Part shown: positions 36,950 through 46,194 of the stretch, piece after piece
Numbering within the stretch: position 1 is the stretch's first letter
How the letters are laid out: every line of letters starts with the position of its first letter
Origin: a virus
Strand: one strand, 5' to 3'
DNA: 64,000 nt
IMG/VR virus record: IMGVR_UViG_3300046648_000324
Span: 6,401 to 70,400 of that record
Notes under the pieces: generated by a model
What the model saw: the letters and a program-made list of their open reading frames with translations, nothing else
Told to the model about the DNA's origin: nothing
Databases searched by the model: none
Position numbers and translations under genes: made by a program

Positions 36950-37239
36950 GGCCGGCCGAGGAAACGGCGGGTGGCCGCCATCACGTCGCCGGCGGCGGGA
37001 ACGTCCACCGTGCCCGACGCCTGCACCGCCCAGCCGCGCGTGCGCATGATGCGCGCCACGTCATTCAGCACGTAGACGGGGATGTCGGCGTCGGGCAGCT
37101 CGACCAGCGCGCCGCACTCGGGGCATTCGCCGGCCGGCATCAGTTCGCCGGGGTTGACGCGGTCGAAGAGGTCGTCGACGCCGTCCAGCTCGGTGCCGCG
37201 CCAGGTGCAGTTGGGGCAGTCGTAGATCGTGTCGCTCAT
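36946..37239 (-). CDS. Zn-ribbon protein
   Basis: AGGAGG RBS; 'CPNC...PGELMPAGECPECGAL'. Confidence 0.7.
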   Translation of the reverse strand: MSDTIYDCPNCTWRGTELDGVDDLFDRVNPGELMPAGECPECGALVELPDADIPVYVLNDVARIMRTRGWAVQASGTVDVPAAGDVMAATRRFLGRP

Positions 37240-37277
37240 GATTCCTCCTTGGGTTGGGTACTGCGGTACATACCGGC

Positions 37278-37607
37278 TTACCACCACGGCTGCCGGGGAT
37301 CGTCCAGCTCGTAGTCGCGCGCGAAGCCGTCGACGAAGCTGGCCGGAGTGTCGCCGGGGCGCCAGTAGCGTTCGACCAGCTCGCCCAGGCAGGCTTCGTC
37401 GTCCCAGCACCAGCGCTCGCGCGCGTGGGCGAACACGGCGGCCAGGCGCGCGCAGCAGTCCGGGCAGCGGTACAAGGTCAGGCCCGGTACCGGATGGATT
37501 TCGGTCATCTGCGCCAGCGGCAGCCCGGCCAGGCACAGGTGGCAGACCCTGCTGTCGCCGGCGGCGTGCGGGCTGATGTCGCTGGCCACGTAGCGGTCGG
37601 CGCTCAT
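37278..37607 (-). CDS. Hypothetical Cys-containing protein
   Basis: CHLC/CPDC; coupled ORF. Confidence 0.55.
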   Translation of the reverse strand: MSADRYVASDISPHAAGDSRVCHLCLAGLPLAQMTEIHPVPGLTLYRCPDCCARLAAVFAHARERWCWDDEACLGELVERYWRPGDTPASFVDGFARDYELDDPRQPWW

Positions 37608-37972
37608 GGCGTCACCCCGTACCGCGCCAGCAGGCGCAGGATGGTGTCGTAGTCGGCTTGCGCGGCCGCGCTCATCTGGCGCAGCGGGCCGGCCAGCAGA
37701 TCGTGGATGGTCGACGCCAGGCCATCGGCCACCCGTTCGGCGGCGTAGACGCCGGCGTCGTCGATCCGCTCGGCGATGAAGGCGGCGCGCTCGGCCTTGC
37801 TGTCGAACACGATCTCGCCGCTGTCGGCCATTTCCACGGCCACCGCGCGGATCGCGTCGGCGTCGTCGGTGGCCCAGACCAGGATGCAGTAATCGCCCTG
37901 CTCGTCGTCGTCGGTGGCCCAGTCCAGCGTGACGCGGTACAGCTGGAGCGGGGGTGCGGGTTTCTTGCTCAT
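37604..37972 (-). CDS. Hypothetical acidic protein
   Basis: MSKKPAPPLQLYRVTLDW...; coupled ORF. Confidence 0.65.
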   Translation of the reverse strand: MSKKPAPPLQLYRVTLDWATDDDEQGDYCILVWATDDADAIRAVAVEMADSGEIVFDSKAERAAFIAERIDDAGVYAAERVADGLASTIHDLLAGPLRQMSAAAQADYDTILRLLARYGVTP

Positions 37973-38358
37973 GTGTGGATGCTCCATTGGTGTTCGACGC
38001 CGGTCGGCTCCAGGCTGACCGTGAACGCGGGCGCCGAGCCGTCCAGCGGCTGGCCCGGGCCCGAGTAGATCAGGCCGCCGTTGAACCAGTTGGCGCCGTC
38101 GGCACGCTTCATCAGGAACTGGAAACTGTGCGCCGCGTAATCCTTGTAGAGCTCGCACACGGCGCTGGCCGGGTTGCGGTGGACCAGCGCCCAGCCCAGC
38201 TTGTCGGCGTCGGCTAGGCCGTCGTAGCCGGGGCGCTCCGGCTCGTTGCCATAGTTGGACAGGTAGGCCAGCTTGTCGGCCAGCAGGCCGAGCACGCCGT
38301 GGTCGCGGGCGAAGCCGACGACATCCTGGAAGTGGTCGGGGTTGTTGATGTGTAGCAT
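37969..38358 (-). CDS. DUF4120-like protein
   Basis: 'CELYKDYAAHSF...NGGLIYSG...FTVSL...WSIHT' terminal motif. Confidence 0.65.
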   Translation of the reverse strand: MLHINNPDHFQDVVGFARDHGVLGLLADKLAYLSNYGNEPERPGYDGLADADKLGWALVHRNPASAVCELYKDYAAHSFQFLMKRADGANWFNGGLIYSGPGQPLDGSAPAFTVSLEPTGVEHQWSIHT

Positions 38359-38503
38359 GGTGGCTCCTTGGATGGAGGGATCGATGAGCCGGTACATACC
38401 GCTGTACCGGCGCGGTTCAGCGCGCGCTGTCGTCGAGGCAGCACAGTGCCTCGACGATGATCCACGCGCAGACAATCTCGAGCAGCAGCATGATTGCATC
38501 CTT

Positions 38504-38722
38504 TCAGTGGCCGCCGAACACATAGCCGCTGTAGACGATGAAGTGGACCAGGTATTCGTGGGCGCCGTGCAGCACGGCCGGGTGCAGCACCCAGACCGCC
38601 CAGTGGTGCTGGCCGAGGCGTTCGATCCAGACCAGCACCCGCGGGTGGGCGTCGACCCAGTGCGGCAGCTGCTTGGCCAGGTACTCGAGGCCGACGAACA
38701 CTACGAAGATGAGCATTTCCAT
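38504..38722 (-). CDS. Small hydrophobic hypothetical protein
   Basis: His-rich, hydrophobic; start position uncertain. Confidence 0.4.
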   Translation of the reverse strand: MEMLIFVVFVGLEYLAKQLPHWVDAHPRVLVWIERLGQHHWAVWVLHPAVLHGAHEYLVHFIVYSGYVFGGH

Positions 38723-38781
38723 GATGGCGCTCGTCCGGGTGACAACGAAAACGGCATGGCGATTCTCCTTGATAGGGGCGT

Positions 38782-38811
38782 AAAAAAGCCGGTACGGGGA
38801 TGCGTACCGGC
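38782..38811 (-). terminator. Intrinsic terminator (also contains TAC boxes)
   Basis: GCCGGTACG/CGTACCGGC stem plus T6 on the minus strand. Confidence 0.7.
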
Positions 38812-38832
38812 GGCGGGGCGGGGCAGGCGCGG

Positions 38833-39171
38833 CTATGCGAGCGGCTTGAAATGCAGCGCGCGCGGGTCGTCGATCATCGCGCCCCAGTCGAGCCCGCCCA
38901 TGGTGCTGGGCGGCACCGGCGCGATGTAGGTGGGCAGCTCGTCGTCATCGAGCTGGTAATGGCGGCGCCATTCGGCCAGGGCCCCGGCCCGCTCGCCGCG
39001 CAGCAGCAGGTCGTGGTCGCCGTCGGCGTCGCGCACGTACCACAGCGGCGCCGGGGCGGGCGCCGGCTGGGCCTTGAGCCAGTTCCAGAAGCGGGCCAGC
39101 ACCACCTGTTCGGCCTCGGGCAGGCCTTCGGTGTACTGGTCCAGCAGGACCCACAGTTCATTGATCGTCAT
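38833..39171 (-). CDS. Hypothetical protein
   Basis: GGAGG RBS; MTINELWVLL... Confidence 0.65.
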   Translation of the reverse strand: MTINELWVLLDQYTEGLPEAEQVVLARFWNWLKAQPAPAPAPLWYVRDADGDHDLLLRGERAGALAEWRRHYQLDDDELPTYIAPVPPSTMGGLDWGAMIDDPRALHFKPLA

Positions 39172-39181
39172 GCGATCCTCC

Positions 39182-41320
39182 CTATTTCGAGTAGTTCGCC
39201 GCGAATCCCCCTTCGGCATTGAGCGGCAGGTCCGGGCACCAGGCCAGCGGCGTCCTCAGCGCGCCCAGCAATTGTTTGAGCGCGGCGGCGCCGGACGCCT
39301 TCTTCACGCACAAGACGCCCTCGTCGTGGGTGATCATCACCAGCCGCCGCGCCGGGCCGTTGCGCCCCTGGGTGACCAGCAGCAGCTGCTCGGCGACGAT
39401 GATGCGCGCCAGCGCCTGCACGATATTCTCGCACAGCAAGCCGCCATAGATCTTCTTGCGCATCCCGTTGCGCCCGGCGTAGCTCCATTCGGGCCAGCCC
39501 TGCTCGCCGATGTGCTGGGCCAGGCCCGGGTAGTGCAGCGCCATGCCGTTGGGCAGCCAGATCTTGCCGGCTTCCCAGCGGATGCAGGACCAGCGCCCGC
39601 TGCGCCCGGCCGCCATGTCCTCGATGATCCGGCTGCAGCGCTCCCAGCCGTGGGCGATCTGGGCGTTCTTGCGGCGGTAGGCGTTGACGATGCCCTTGCA
39701 GCGCTCGAGGTCGAAGTACACGGGCGGGCCGCCCAGCGCGCCCTTGGCCAGCGTCATCTGGAACTTTGGCGGCCCCATCTGGAAACCGAGCCCGAGCACG
39801 CCGACCTTGGCCACGAAGCGCTCGACCTTGTCGTCCCTGGTGATGGTGCGGCCGTAGATGGTGTCGCCGAAGTTGCAGTAGGCGTCGCGCCCGAGCCCGG
39901 CGTCGGCGGCGCGGAACGCGGCCAAGAGGTCGCTTTGCCCCCACAGCCAGGCGTTGACGCGGCACTCGATCTGGCCCGAGTCGCCCACCACCAGCAGGTG
40001 CCCGGGCGGGGCCAGGATCGACAGCCGCAGCGCGCCGCCGCGGGTCAGGTTCTGCAGGTTCATCTTGTTGGTGCCGCCCCAGCGCCCGGTGTGGGCGCGG
40101 TAGTAGGCGTAGCCGGCCGGCAGCGCGGCGCCACCGGCGCCGGCGGTCAGGAAGCGCTGCGCGCGCGTGACCGTGGTCGTGCTCTTGACCGCGAGCCGGA
40201 CCTCGACCAGCTGCTGTAGACGCGCTGCGCGCGCCGCCAGTTTTTCGACATCAGCAGCACGACCAAGATCGAGATCGGCTGACCACGCTTCAGGGCGGTG
40301 CGGCAGTTCGGTGAAGTCGAGGTCGTCCTTGGCGAACGCGTACGCCCATTTATCCTCGTCACGACGCGCTGCCGCTGGCCTTTTAAGCCAGGCCGGGCTG
40401 ATCTTGACAGGTGGCGTAGCGCCACACGCACGTACCAGGTCGCTGAACGCGTCGTTGCTGCCGACAATCTTCTTGGCGATGAGGAGCTGTTTTTCATGGG
40501 CGGGCAGGGCGCGTTCGGCCTTGGTCAGTTTCTTGTCGTCGAAGCCGGCCGTGTCGATCGAGCGCAGCAGCGCTGCGCGCTCGCCCAGCTCGCGCGCCAG
40601 TTCGGCGGTGACACGGGGCAGGTCGACCCGCAGCACCGGGTCGCAGAACATGCGGACGGTGGCGTCGACCAGGTCGAGCTCGACGGCGGGGAACTGGGCG
40701 TGCATGCGCCTGAACACGGCCAGGGTCAGGTCGACGTCGACCGCGCAGTAGGCGGCGGTGGCGGCGTACAGCGCCGGCGGCAGCTCGCGCACGCCCCTGG
40801 TCTGCTCGAGCACGTTGGGCACCTTGTTGCCGACGCCGTAATGGCGCGCCACCTCGTCCAGGCCGGCGCCGATGTCGCTGCTGTGCAGGCCGCGCGCCAT
40901 CGACAGGGTGTCGTAGTAGCGGCGCGGACGAATGCCATAGCGGTCGGCCAGGATGAAGCCGTCGAACGCCGTGTTGTGGCACAGCAGGTCGTGGACCCGC
41001 CAGTCGAGCGCGGCCAGGGTGGCGGCCAGCGCGGCGCCCGGCACCACCACGGTCGGCGCCGCGCCGACCTTGAGCCCGGCCATGTGGGCGCAAAAGCGCG
41101 GGTCGCGCACGTACTCCGAGGTCGACAGCTTGGTCAGCGTGTAGTCGGCGTCATAGTAGGTCTCGAAGTCGAGCACCACCAGGTGGTCCCAGTCGACCAC
41201 GCCCGGGGTGAACGGGGGGCGGACACTGGTATCCTGCGCCGGTACGGCGGTACGTACCGCCGTATTGACCGATGACCCGAGCGCGCGCGCCCAGGCGCCG
41301 TGCGGAGCCGGGCCGCTCAC
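39182..41320 (-). CDS. Family A DNA polymerase with 3'-5' exonuclease
   Basis: ExoI 'LDFET', 'HNTAFD', 'AHTGRW', 'NLQNL', motif A 'DSGQIECR', motif B 'RFVAKVGVLGLGF', 'ENIVQALAR', motif C 'THDE'; GTG start inferred from a GTGA overlap. Confidence 0.92.
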   Translation of the reverse strand: MSGPAPHGAWARALGSSVNTAVRTAVPAQDTSVRPPFTPGVVDWDHLVVLDFETYYDADYTLTKLSTSEYVRDPRFCAHMAGLKVGAAPTVVVPGAALAATLAALDWRVHDLLCHNTAFDGFILADRYGIRPRRYYDTLSMARGLHSSDIGAGLDEVARHYGVGNKVPNVLEQTRGVRELPPALYAATAAYCAVDVDLTLAVFRRMHAQFPAVELDLVDATVRMFCDPVLRVDLPRVTAELARELGERAALLRSIDTAGFDDKKLTKAERALPAHEKQLLIAKKIVGSNDAFSDLVRACGATPPVKISPAWLKRPAAARRDEDKWAYAFAKDDLDFTELPHRPEAWSADLDLGRAADVEKLAARAARLQQLVEVRLAVKSTTTVTRAQRFLTAGAGGAALPAGYAYYRAHTGRWGGTNKMNLQNLTRGGALRLSILAPPGHLLVVGDSGQIECRVNAWLWGQSDLLAAFRAADAGLGRDAYCNFGDTIYGRTITRDDKVERFVAKVGVLGLGFQMGPPKFQMTLAKGALGGPPVYFDLERCKGIVNAYRRKNAQIAHGWERCSRIIEDMAAGRSGRWSCIRWEAGKIWLPNGMALHYPGLAQHIGEQGWPEWSYAGRNGMRKKIYGGLLCENIVQALARIIVAEQLLLVTQGRNGPARRLVMITHDEGVLCVKKASGAAALKQLLGALRTPLAWCPDLPLNAEGGFAANYSK

Positions 41321-41610
41321 GGGCGCGCCCCGCGCGCTTCCTGGTCCAGTTCGTCGACGAAGCACTGCTGGGCCGCGAACAGCAGCGGCTCGGCCTCGCC
41401 CAGGTTGGCCGCGTGCGCCAGGTGCAGCAGGTCGACCACCAGGTCGGCGACGTCGGACAGGGTCGGCTGGGCGTACTGGCCCAGGCCCAGCGCGTGGTGG
41501 GCGCGCCCGGCGCGCGCCGGGTTCGGCACCGCGGCGCGCGGCCGGCCAGGGGGCCACGGCCAGGCCAGTGCCGCGTACAGCGGCAGCTGGGTGTAAGCCG
41601 GGGCGCTCAT
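41317..41610 (-). CDS. Hypothetical protein
   Basis: 'VADLVVDLLHLAH' motif; coupled on both sides. Confidence 0.6.
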   Translation of the reverse strand: MSAPAYTQLPLYAALAWPWPPGRPRAAVPNPARAGRAHHALGLGQYAQPTLSDVADLVVDLLHLAHAANLGEAEPLLFAAQQCFVDELDQEARGARP

Positions 41611-43025
41611 ACGAACAGCCCCAAGAGGTTGTCCATGCGCGCGTGCTTGACCAGCAGGCGCGCATACACGCGCTCGTCGATGGTGCCGGCCGCCAGCACG
41701 TTGATGACCTCGGTCTTGGCGGTCTGGCCGTTCCGGGCCTGGCGCCGGTTGCCCTGCAGGTACCACTCGAGGTCGTAGGTGGGCGAGGCCCAGATCACCG
41801 ACGAGCCGCGGGTCAGGGTCAGCCCGTGCGCCGCGCTCTTCGGGTGGGCGAACATCACGTCGTACCAGCCGGCCTGGTACGCATGCACCATCGCGTTGCG
41901 CTCGGCGTCGGTGGCGGCGCCGTCCAGCACGCAGTAGCGCAGGTTGCGCGCCTCGGCCGCGGCGACCAGCTGGTCGCGCTGGTGCTTCCACAGGAAGAAC
42001 ACCAGCGGGTGGTGGCGCTCGGCGGCCAGTTCGAGCACCAGCTCGTAGCGCCCGGCGTCGAGCACGTGGTAGGTGTCCGGATTTTCGTAGACGGCGCCGC
42101 TGGCGATCTGCAGCAGCTTGGTGGTGACCGCGGCGGCGCTGCTGGCGACCACGGTGGCGCTGGCCGCGCCGCCGCGCGCCAGCGCAGTGAGCTGGGCGAT
42201 CTGGTCGCGCTCCATCGCCAGGTAGGCGGCGTGCTGCGTTGCCGATAAGTGATACGCGGTGCTCCAGATGTGGGTCGGCGGGATGTCGACGCAGTCGTCG
42301 AAGCGGTGGCGCACGCTGATGTCGTGGATCAGGCCATACACCACTTCCTCGGCGCCGTCCTTGTCGGCCCAGGCCAGCATGTTGGCGCCCTGGCCCTGCT
42401 GGGTGGGGCTGCAGACGGCGGCGCGAAAGCCGAAGAACTGCTTGCCCAGGCGGCGGCCGTCGTCCAGGATCCGCACCGGGTTCCACAGGTCGCAGATGGT
42501 GTTGCTGTTGGGCGTGCCCGACAGCACCGAGCGGTACGGGAAGTAGCGCTTGATGTGTTCGAGCGCGCGCGAACGGTTGCTGGCGTGGTGCTTGTAGGCC
42601 GACACCTCGTCGACGATCAGGGTGTCGAAGCGGGCGAAGAACGTGGGTGGTTGCTTGGTCAGCCAGGTGACGGCGTCGGTGTTGGTGATGTAGACGTCGG
42701 CGTCCTGGGCGAAGGCGCGCACCCGGTGCGCGGCGTCGGCCACCGCCACCGTCAGCCCGGGCGCGAACTTGGCGAAGTCGTCGGCCCAGGCGCTCCTGAG
42801 CAGCGACTTGGGCGCGATCACCAGCGCGCACTTGCCGGGTTTCTTTTTCGCCAGGCGGCGCCGCGCGAACGCCCAGATCTGGACCGCGGTCTTGCCGGTG
42901 CCGGGGTCGCTCATGTCGAACAGGATCGGGCTGCTGGCCATCAGCGCCAGGGTGGCGGCCTGGTGCTTCATCGGCGCGTAGCGCGGCGCCGCCGGCGCCA
43001 TGGAGGGGGCGAGGGAATTAACCAC
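41607..43025 (-). CDS. SNF2/DEAD-like helicase
   Basis: 'PGTGKT', 'IVDEVS', 'LSGTP', 'KLLQIASG', 'HGLTL', 'QGNRRQARNGQ'. Confidence 0.92.
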   Translation of the reverse strand: MVNSLAPSMAPAAPRYAPMKHQAATLALMASSPILFDMSDPGTGKTAVQIWAFARRRLAKKKPGKCALVIAPKSLLRSAWADDFAKFAPGLTVAVADAAHRVRAFAQDADVYITNTDAVTWLTKQPPTFFARFDTLIVDEVSAYKHHASNRSRALEHIKRYFPYRSVLSGTPNSNTICDLWNPVRILDDGRRLGKQFFGFRAAVCSPTQQGQGANMLAWADKDGAEEVVYGLIHDISVRHRFDDCVDIPPTHIWSTAYHLSATQHAAYLAMERDQIAQLTALARGGAASATVVASSAAAVTTKLLQIASGAVYENPDTYHVLDAGRYELVLELAAERHHPLVFFLWKHQRDQLVAAAEARNLRYCVLDGAATDAERNAMVHAYQAGWYDVMFAHPKSAAHGLTLTRGSSVIWASPTYDLEWYLQGNRRQARNGQTAKTEVINVLAAGTIDERVYARLLVKHARMDNLLGLFV

Positions 43026-43167
43026 GGCCGTTCTCCTTCACTTCGTCGGCGTAGATCGGGGTGCCGTTGATGTCGTGGTCGACCACGCGCCGTTCGAGCG
43101 GCGGGATGGCGCGGTCGACCAGCTGGCGCAGCAGGTCGTCGAGGTTTGGCTTGGCGGGCTGTTCCAT
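43018..43167 (-). CDS. Small hypothetical protein (49 aa)
   Basis: AGGAG RBS; MEQPAKPNLDDLLRQLVDRAIPP... Confidence 0.5.
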   Translation of the reverse strand: MEQPAKPNLDDLLRQLVDRAIPPLERRVVDHDINGTPIYADEVKENGRG

Positions 43168-43168
43168 G

Positions 43169-43912
43169 TCAGACTCCTACGCTGCAGTGGCCGGTGCCCT
43201 TGGGGCCGTACGGGCACCAGCGGCAGTTGAACACGTTGGGGCTGGGCGGGAACTGCGTGCATTCGGTCACGCTGTGGCCGAGGCGGTCGAAGCGGGCCTT
43301 GAAGCGCAGGCCCTGGGCGCGGGTGAAGCTGGCCTGGCTGATCGCCTCGTCCGGCTGGTCCAGGTACCACAGCTCGGTGTGGATGAACTCGAGCGCCGGG
43401 TAGCGCAGGAACGCCACCAGCGCGTAGAGCTGGGTCTGCTCGGCGTGGGCCAGCTCGTTGCCGAACTTGCGCCCGCTCTTGTAGTCGGTGACCACCGCCT
43501 CGACGGTGGACAGGTGCACCATCGCGTCCAGCTTCAGGCGCAGCCAGGCGTCGCGGCTGTCCCACGGCACCGGCTCCCAGGCCCGGTCCATCGCCCACTC
43601 GCCCTCGAGCGACACACGGCCCTCCTGGTACAGGGTGCGCAGCGACCCGAATTCGGGGGCGAAACGCACCAGTTCCGGGTCGAGGTCGGGCCGGCGCCCG
43701 GCCACGTAGTCCTCGGCCGCCAGGTGCAGGCGGGTGCCGCGGTCGTTCGCATGTTCGAGCTTGCCGGGCGGCAGCGGGCGCTCCGGCTGCGGGATCTTCT
43801 GGCCATACTGCAGCTGGGCGCGCAGCTTGCATTCCTGGAACACCTTGGCCTTGGAGATCGACCACTGGGTGATCGGCACGATCGGGATCACCGGATGGGG
43901 GTGGGCGGCCAT
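43169..43912 (-). CDS. PD-(D/E)xK (Cas4/RecB-like) exonuclease
   Basis: 'WSISK..FQEC', 'RGTRLH', 'KLD..V..DYKSG', 'QLYA', 'CRWCPY...C' Fe-S-type cysteines. Confidence 0.88.
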   Translation of the reverse strand: MAAHPHPVIPIVPITQWSISKAKVFQECKLRAQLQYGQKIPQPERPLPPGKLEHANDRGTRLHLAAEDYVAGRRPDLDPELVRFAPEFGSLRTLYQEGRVSLEGEWAMDRAWEPVPWDSRDAWLRLKLDAMVHLSTVEAVVTDYKSGRKFGNELAHAEQTQLYALVAFLRYPALEFIHTELWYLDQPDEAISQASFTRAQGLRFKARFDRLGHSVTECTQFPPSPNVFNCRWCPYGPKGTGHCSVGV

Positions 43913-43922
43913 GGTCTACCTC

Positions 43923-43973
43923 TCTAAGTTGGATCGAGGCTAGATAGTAGACTTGAACGGGGCAAAAAGTAAA
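43923..43973 (-). promoter_or_regulatory. Promoter with operator-like site upstream of the exonuclease-helicase-polymerase genes
   Basis: TCTAAGTTGGATCG at 43923-36; minus strand TTTACT-18 nt-TACTAT. Confidence 0.5.
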
Positions 43974-43990
43974 CGCCTAAATGGGTCCGT

Positions 43991-44722
43991 TCACCAGGGG
44001 TCGCCGTGTTCGTCGAACTCGCATTCGCTTGTGCGGAGCTCGTCGTCGACATGCTCGTCGCTGTTGAGGTACTCGTCCTCGGCCTCGAGCGCGGCGGCGA
44101 GCCAGCCGGCGAAATCCTCGACGTAGTCGTTCAAGGCGCAGACGACCAGGTCGTCGGTGTCGTCGTCGCGGCTGAGCCGGCAGGTGTAGTGGCGTTCGTT
44201 GGCGATGATGTCGATGCGCTCGTCGGGGTTGATCTCGTCGAGACCGGCCCAGCCGTCGTCGTCGTCGGCCACCCCCAGCAGGCGCCGGGTCAGGTGGCGC
44301 AGCGCGATCTGGTCGTACAGCGCCTGGCCGCGCGCGGCCAGCGCGTGCAGCACGTCGTCGTTGCCGACGTGGGTGGCCAGGCGCGCCGGCGCGCCATTGA
44401 GCAGCGCGATGTCCAGCGTGCCGGAGAAGCAGGCGCCGCCGCCCTGGCAGTACAGCGAGAAGTTGATGTCGGGCTCGGGCAGCGGGGTGCCGCCCACCGA
44501 CTTGTAGGTACGGGTGCCGATCGCGATCCCGATCAGCGCGCCGACCGTGACCGCGTCTTCATAGACAGCATCCCACCAGTCGTCGTCGGCCCCGGCGCGG
44601 CGCCAGGCCGCGCGCGCCACCTCCTTGGCACGAGCGTCGAGCTGGTCGAACGTGTATGGGGGCGGGTCCGCGGCGGTGTCTTCGGCCGGGCCGTGCGCCG
44701 GTACGACTGCGCTGGTGCTCAT
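43991..44722 (-). CDS. Acidic protein of the family often labelled 'antitoxin of toxin-antitoxin stability system'
   Basis: 'YTFDQLDARAKE.AR...WWDAVYED...CQGGGACFSG...LEAEDEYLNSDE.VD...EFDEHG'. Confidence 0.6.
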   Translation of the reverse strand: MSTSAVVPAHGPAEDTAADPPPYTFDQLDARAKEVARAAWRRAGADDDWWDAVYEDAVTVGALIGIAIGTRTYKSVGGTPLPEPDINFSLYCQGGGACFSGTLDIALLNGAPARLATHVGNDDVLHALAARGQALYDQIALRHLTRRLLGVADDDDGWAGLDEINPDERIDIIANERHYTCRLSRDDDTDDLVVCALNDYVEDFAGWLAAALEAEDEYLNSDEHVDDELRTSECEFDEHGDPW

Positions 44723-44723
44723 C

Positions 44724-45113
44724 TCAGGCCCCTTTCTCATCCATCAGGAACGCCAGGATTCGTTCGGTGCCCTTGGGCGAGACCACGTGGTCGCCGTAGT
44801 AGCGGACCAGGTCGTGCCGGACCAGGTGCTGGATAGTCCGGGCAAACTCCTGGTCGTCCCGGTACTGGCCGGCGCGGACCCGGTCGTCGAACTGGCCGCG
44901 ATAGATGTCGAGCAGGTACATCAGCTGGCCGGGGGTGCTGAGCGGGTGTTCCCCCGGCCTGGCCGGGTCGGCCAGGCTGGGCGCGCACATGCTCAGCTCG
45001 AGGGTCGTGCCGGGCGGCCGCGGCCGCAGCAGCGCGATCAGCGCGTTCTCGGCCGCGTCCGGGGTCTCGATGGCCGGGCCGCTGATGCTGCCGACGAACT
45101 TGAATTGTTTCAT
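44724..45113 (-). CDS. Hypothetical protein
   Basis: AAGGAG RBS; MKQFKFVGSISG... Confidence 0.6.
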   Translation of the reverse strand: MKQFKFVGSISGPAIETPDAAENALIALLRPRPPGTTLELSMCAPSLADPARPGEHPLSTPGQLMYLLDIYRGQFDDRVRAGQYRDDQEFARTIQHLVRHDLVRYYGDHVVSPKGTERILAFLMDEKGA

Positions 45114-45382
45114 GGGGTCTCCTTGGGTGGTGGTGGATCGAATGCGGCGATCAGCAGCACCGGATGGTCGGCGCGGTGGAACGTCATCCCCATGTCGAGG
45201 TAGGCGCCGGGGTCGCACGAATACACGTGCCAGTAGGGTGGGCTGGCTTCGCCGCCTGCCACGCGCAGAGCGTGCTTGGCTGCGGCGATGTCGGGGCCCT
45301 TGCCCCAGCAGCCGTCGGCGGTGGTGATCAACAGCCAGTCGCCTGCGCGGCACGGCAGCAGGGTGGTGGGAATGGCGGGCAT
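45110..45382 (-). CDS. Hypothetical protein
   Basis: AGGAG RBS. Confidence 0.6.
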   Translation of the reverse strand: MPAIPTTLLPCRAGDWLLITTADGCWGKGPDIAAAKHALRVAGGEASPPYWHVYSCDPGAYLDMGMTFHRADHPVLLIAAFDPPPPKETP

Positions 45383-45384
45383 GG

Positions 45385-45573
45385 TCAGCTCCTGGTGCGC
45401 AGCGGCTCCGGCTCGCCGCAGTCGACGCTGACCGGCTCGTGCCAGATGCCGGAGTCGCGCGCGTCCTCGATGCTGCCGGCCAGCTCTTCGCGCACGGCGT
45501 CCGCTTCGTCGGGGGTGGCGTCATAGATGTTGACGGTGATCTGATAGTCCTGGCGGGTGGGGGTGGTGCTCAT
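45385..45573 (-). CDS. Small acidic hypothetical protein
   Basis: AAGGAG RBS. Confidence 0.6.
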   Translation of the reverse strand: MSTTPTRQDYQITVNIYDATPDEADAVREELAGSIEDARDSGIWHEPVSVDCGEPEPLRTRS

Positions 45574-45607
45574 GGGGTCTCCTTGGGTGAGTGCTGCAGC
45601 GCGCAGT

Positions 45608-46093
45608 TTAGCGCACCGGGTCGTCGAGGAAGCTGGCCGGCGGCGGCTCGACCCGGATCACTTCCAGCGCGCCGCAGCGGCGGGCCTGGCCGCGGGTTTC
45701 GATCGGGGCCCGCCCGCGCCAGCAGCCGGCGCGGGTCTGGACATTGACCATCAGCACGTCGAGCTTGCCGGGGTAGTCGCCGATCGAGCCGTACTGGTCG
45801 ATGATCTCCCGGTAGCGCGGGCTGTCGGCGGATGACAGCGACCAGGCTTCCGACACCGCGATCGTCATGTCGGCATGGATCGTGGTCGCGGTCCAGCGCA
45901 CCATGGCGCCGGCGATGTCGGTGGCGATTTTTGCCGGCATGTGCTGCTCGACCGGCACCAGGAGCTGCTCCTTGGAGTCGATCACGTAGGTGACCGGGGT
46001 CACCGCCCCTTCGGTCAGCTGTTCGCGGCAGATCGCCATGATCCGCTCGACCAGCGGCGCGACGTCGGGCGGGAAGGTGGTGGGGGTGTTCAT
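45608..46093 (-). CDS. Hypothetical protein (paralogue of 47789-48577)
   Basis: 'SEAWSL...RY.EI.DQYGS...YPG...VQTRAGCW.G.API'. Confidence 0.7.
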   Translation of the reverse strand: MNTPTTFPPDVAPLVERIMAICREQLTEGAVTPVTYVIDSKEQLLVPVEQHMPAKIATDIAGAMVRWTATTIHADMTIAVSEAWSLSSADSPRYREIIDQYGSIGDYPGKLDVLMVNVQTRAGCWRGRAPIETRGQARRCGALEVIRVEPPPASFLDDPVR

Positions 46094-46123
46094 CGGGTCC
46101 TCCATCATTGTTCATCAATAAAC

Positions 46124-46152
46124 TTGACACTTGGTAGCTTCTCTCCTACAGT
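46124..46152 (+). promoter_or_regulatory. Sigma70 promoter
   Basis: TTGACA-17 nt-TACAGT upstream of 46195. Confidence 0.75.
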
Positions 46153-46194
46153 GGGTCCGGGATGCTCCATCAATGAGATAAACGGGGAACAGCA

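Noticed and set aside
43169-43912. Cas4-like gene as evidence of a CRISPR system
   Set aside because: No repeat-spacer array or other cas genes seen; it sits in a standard phage replication cluster
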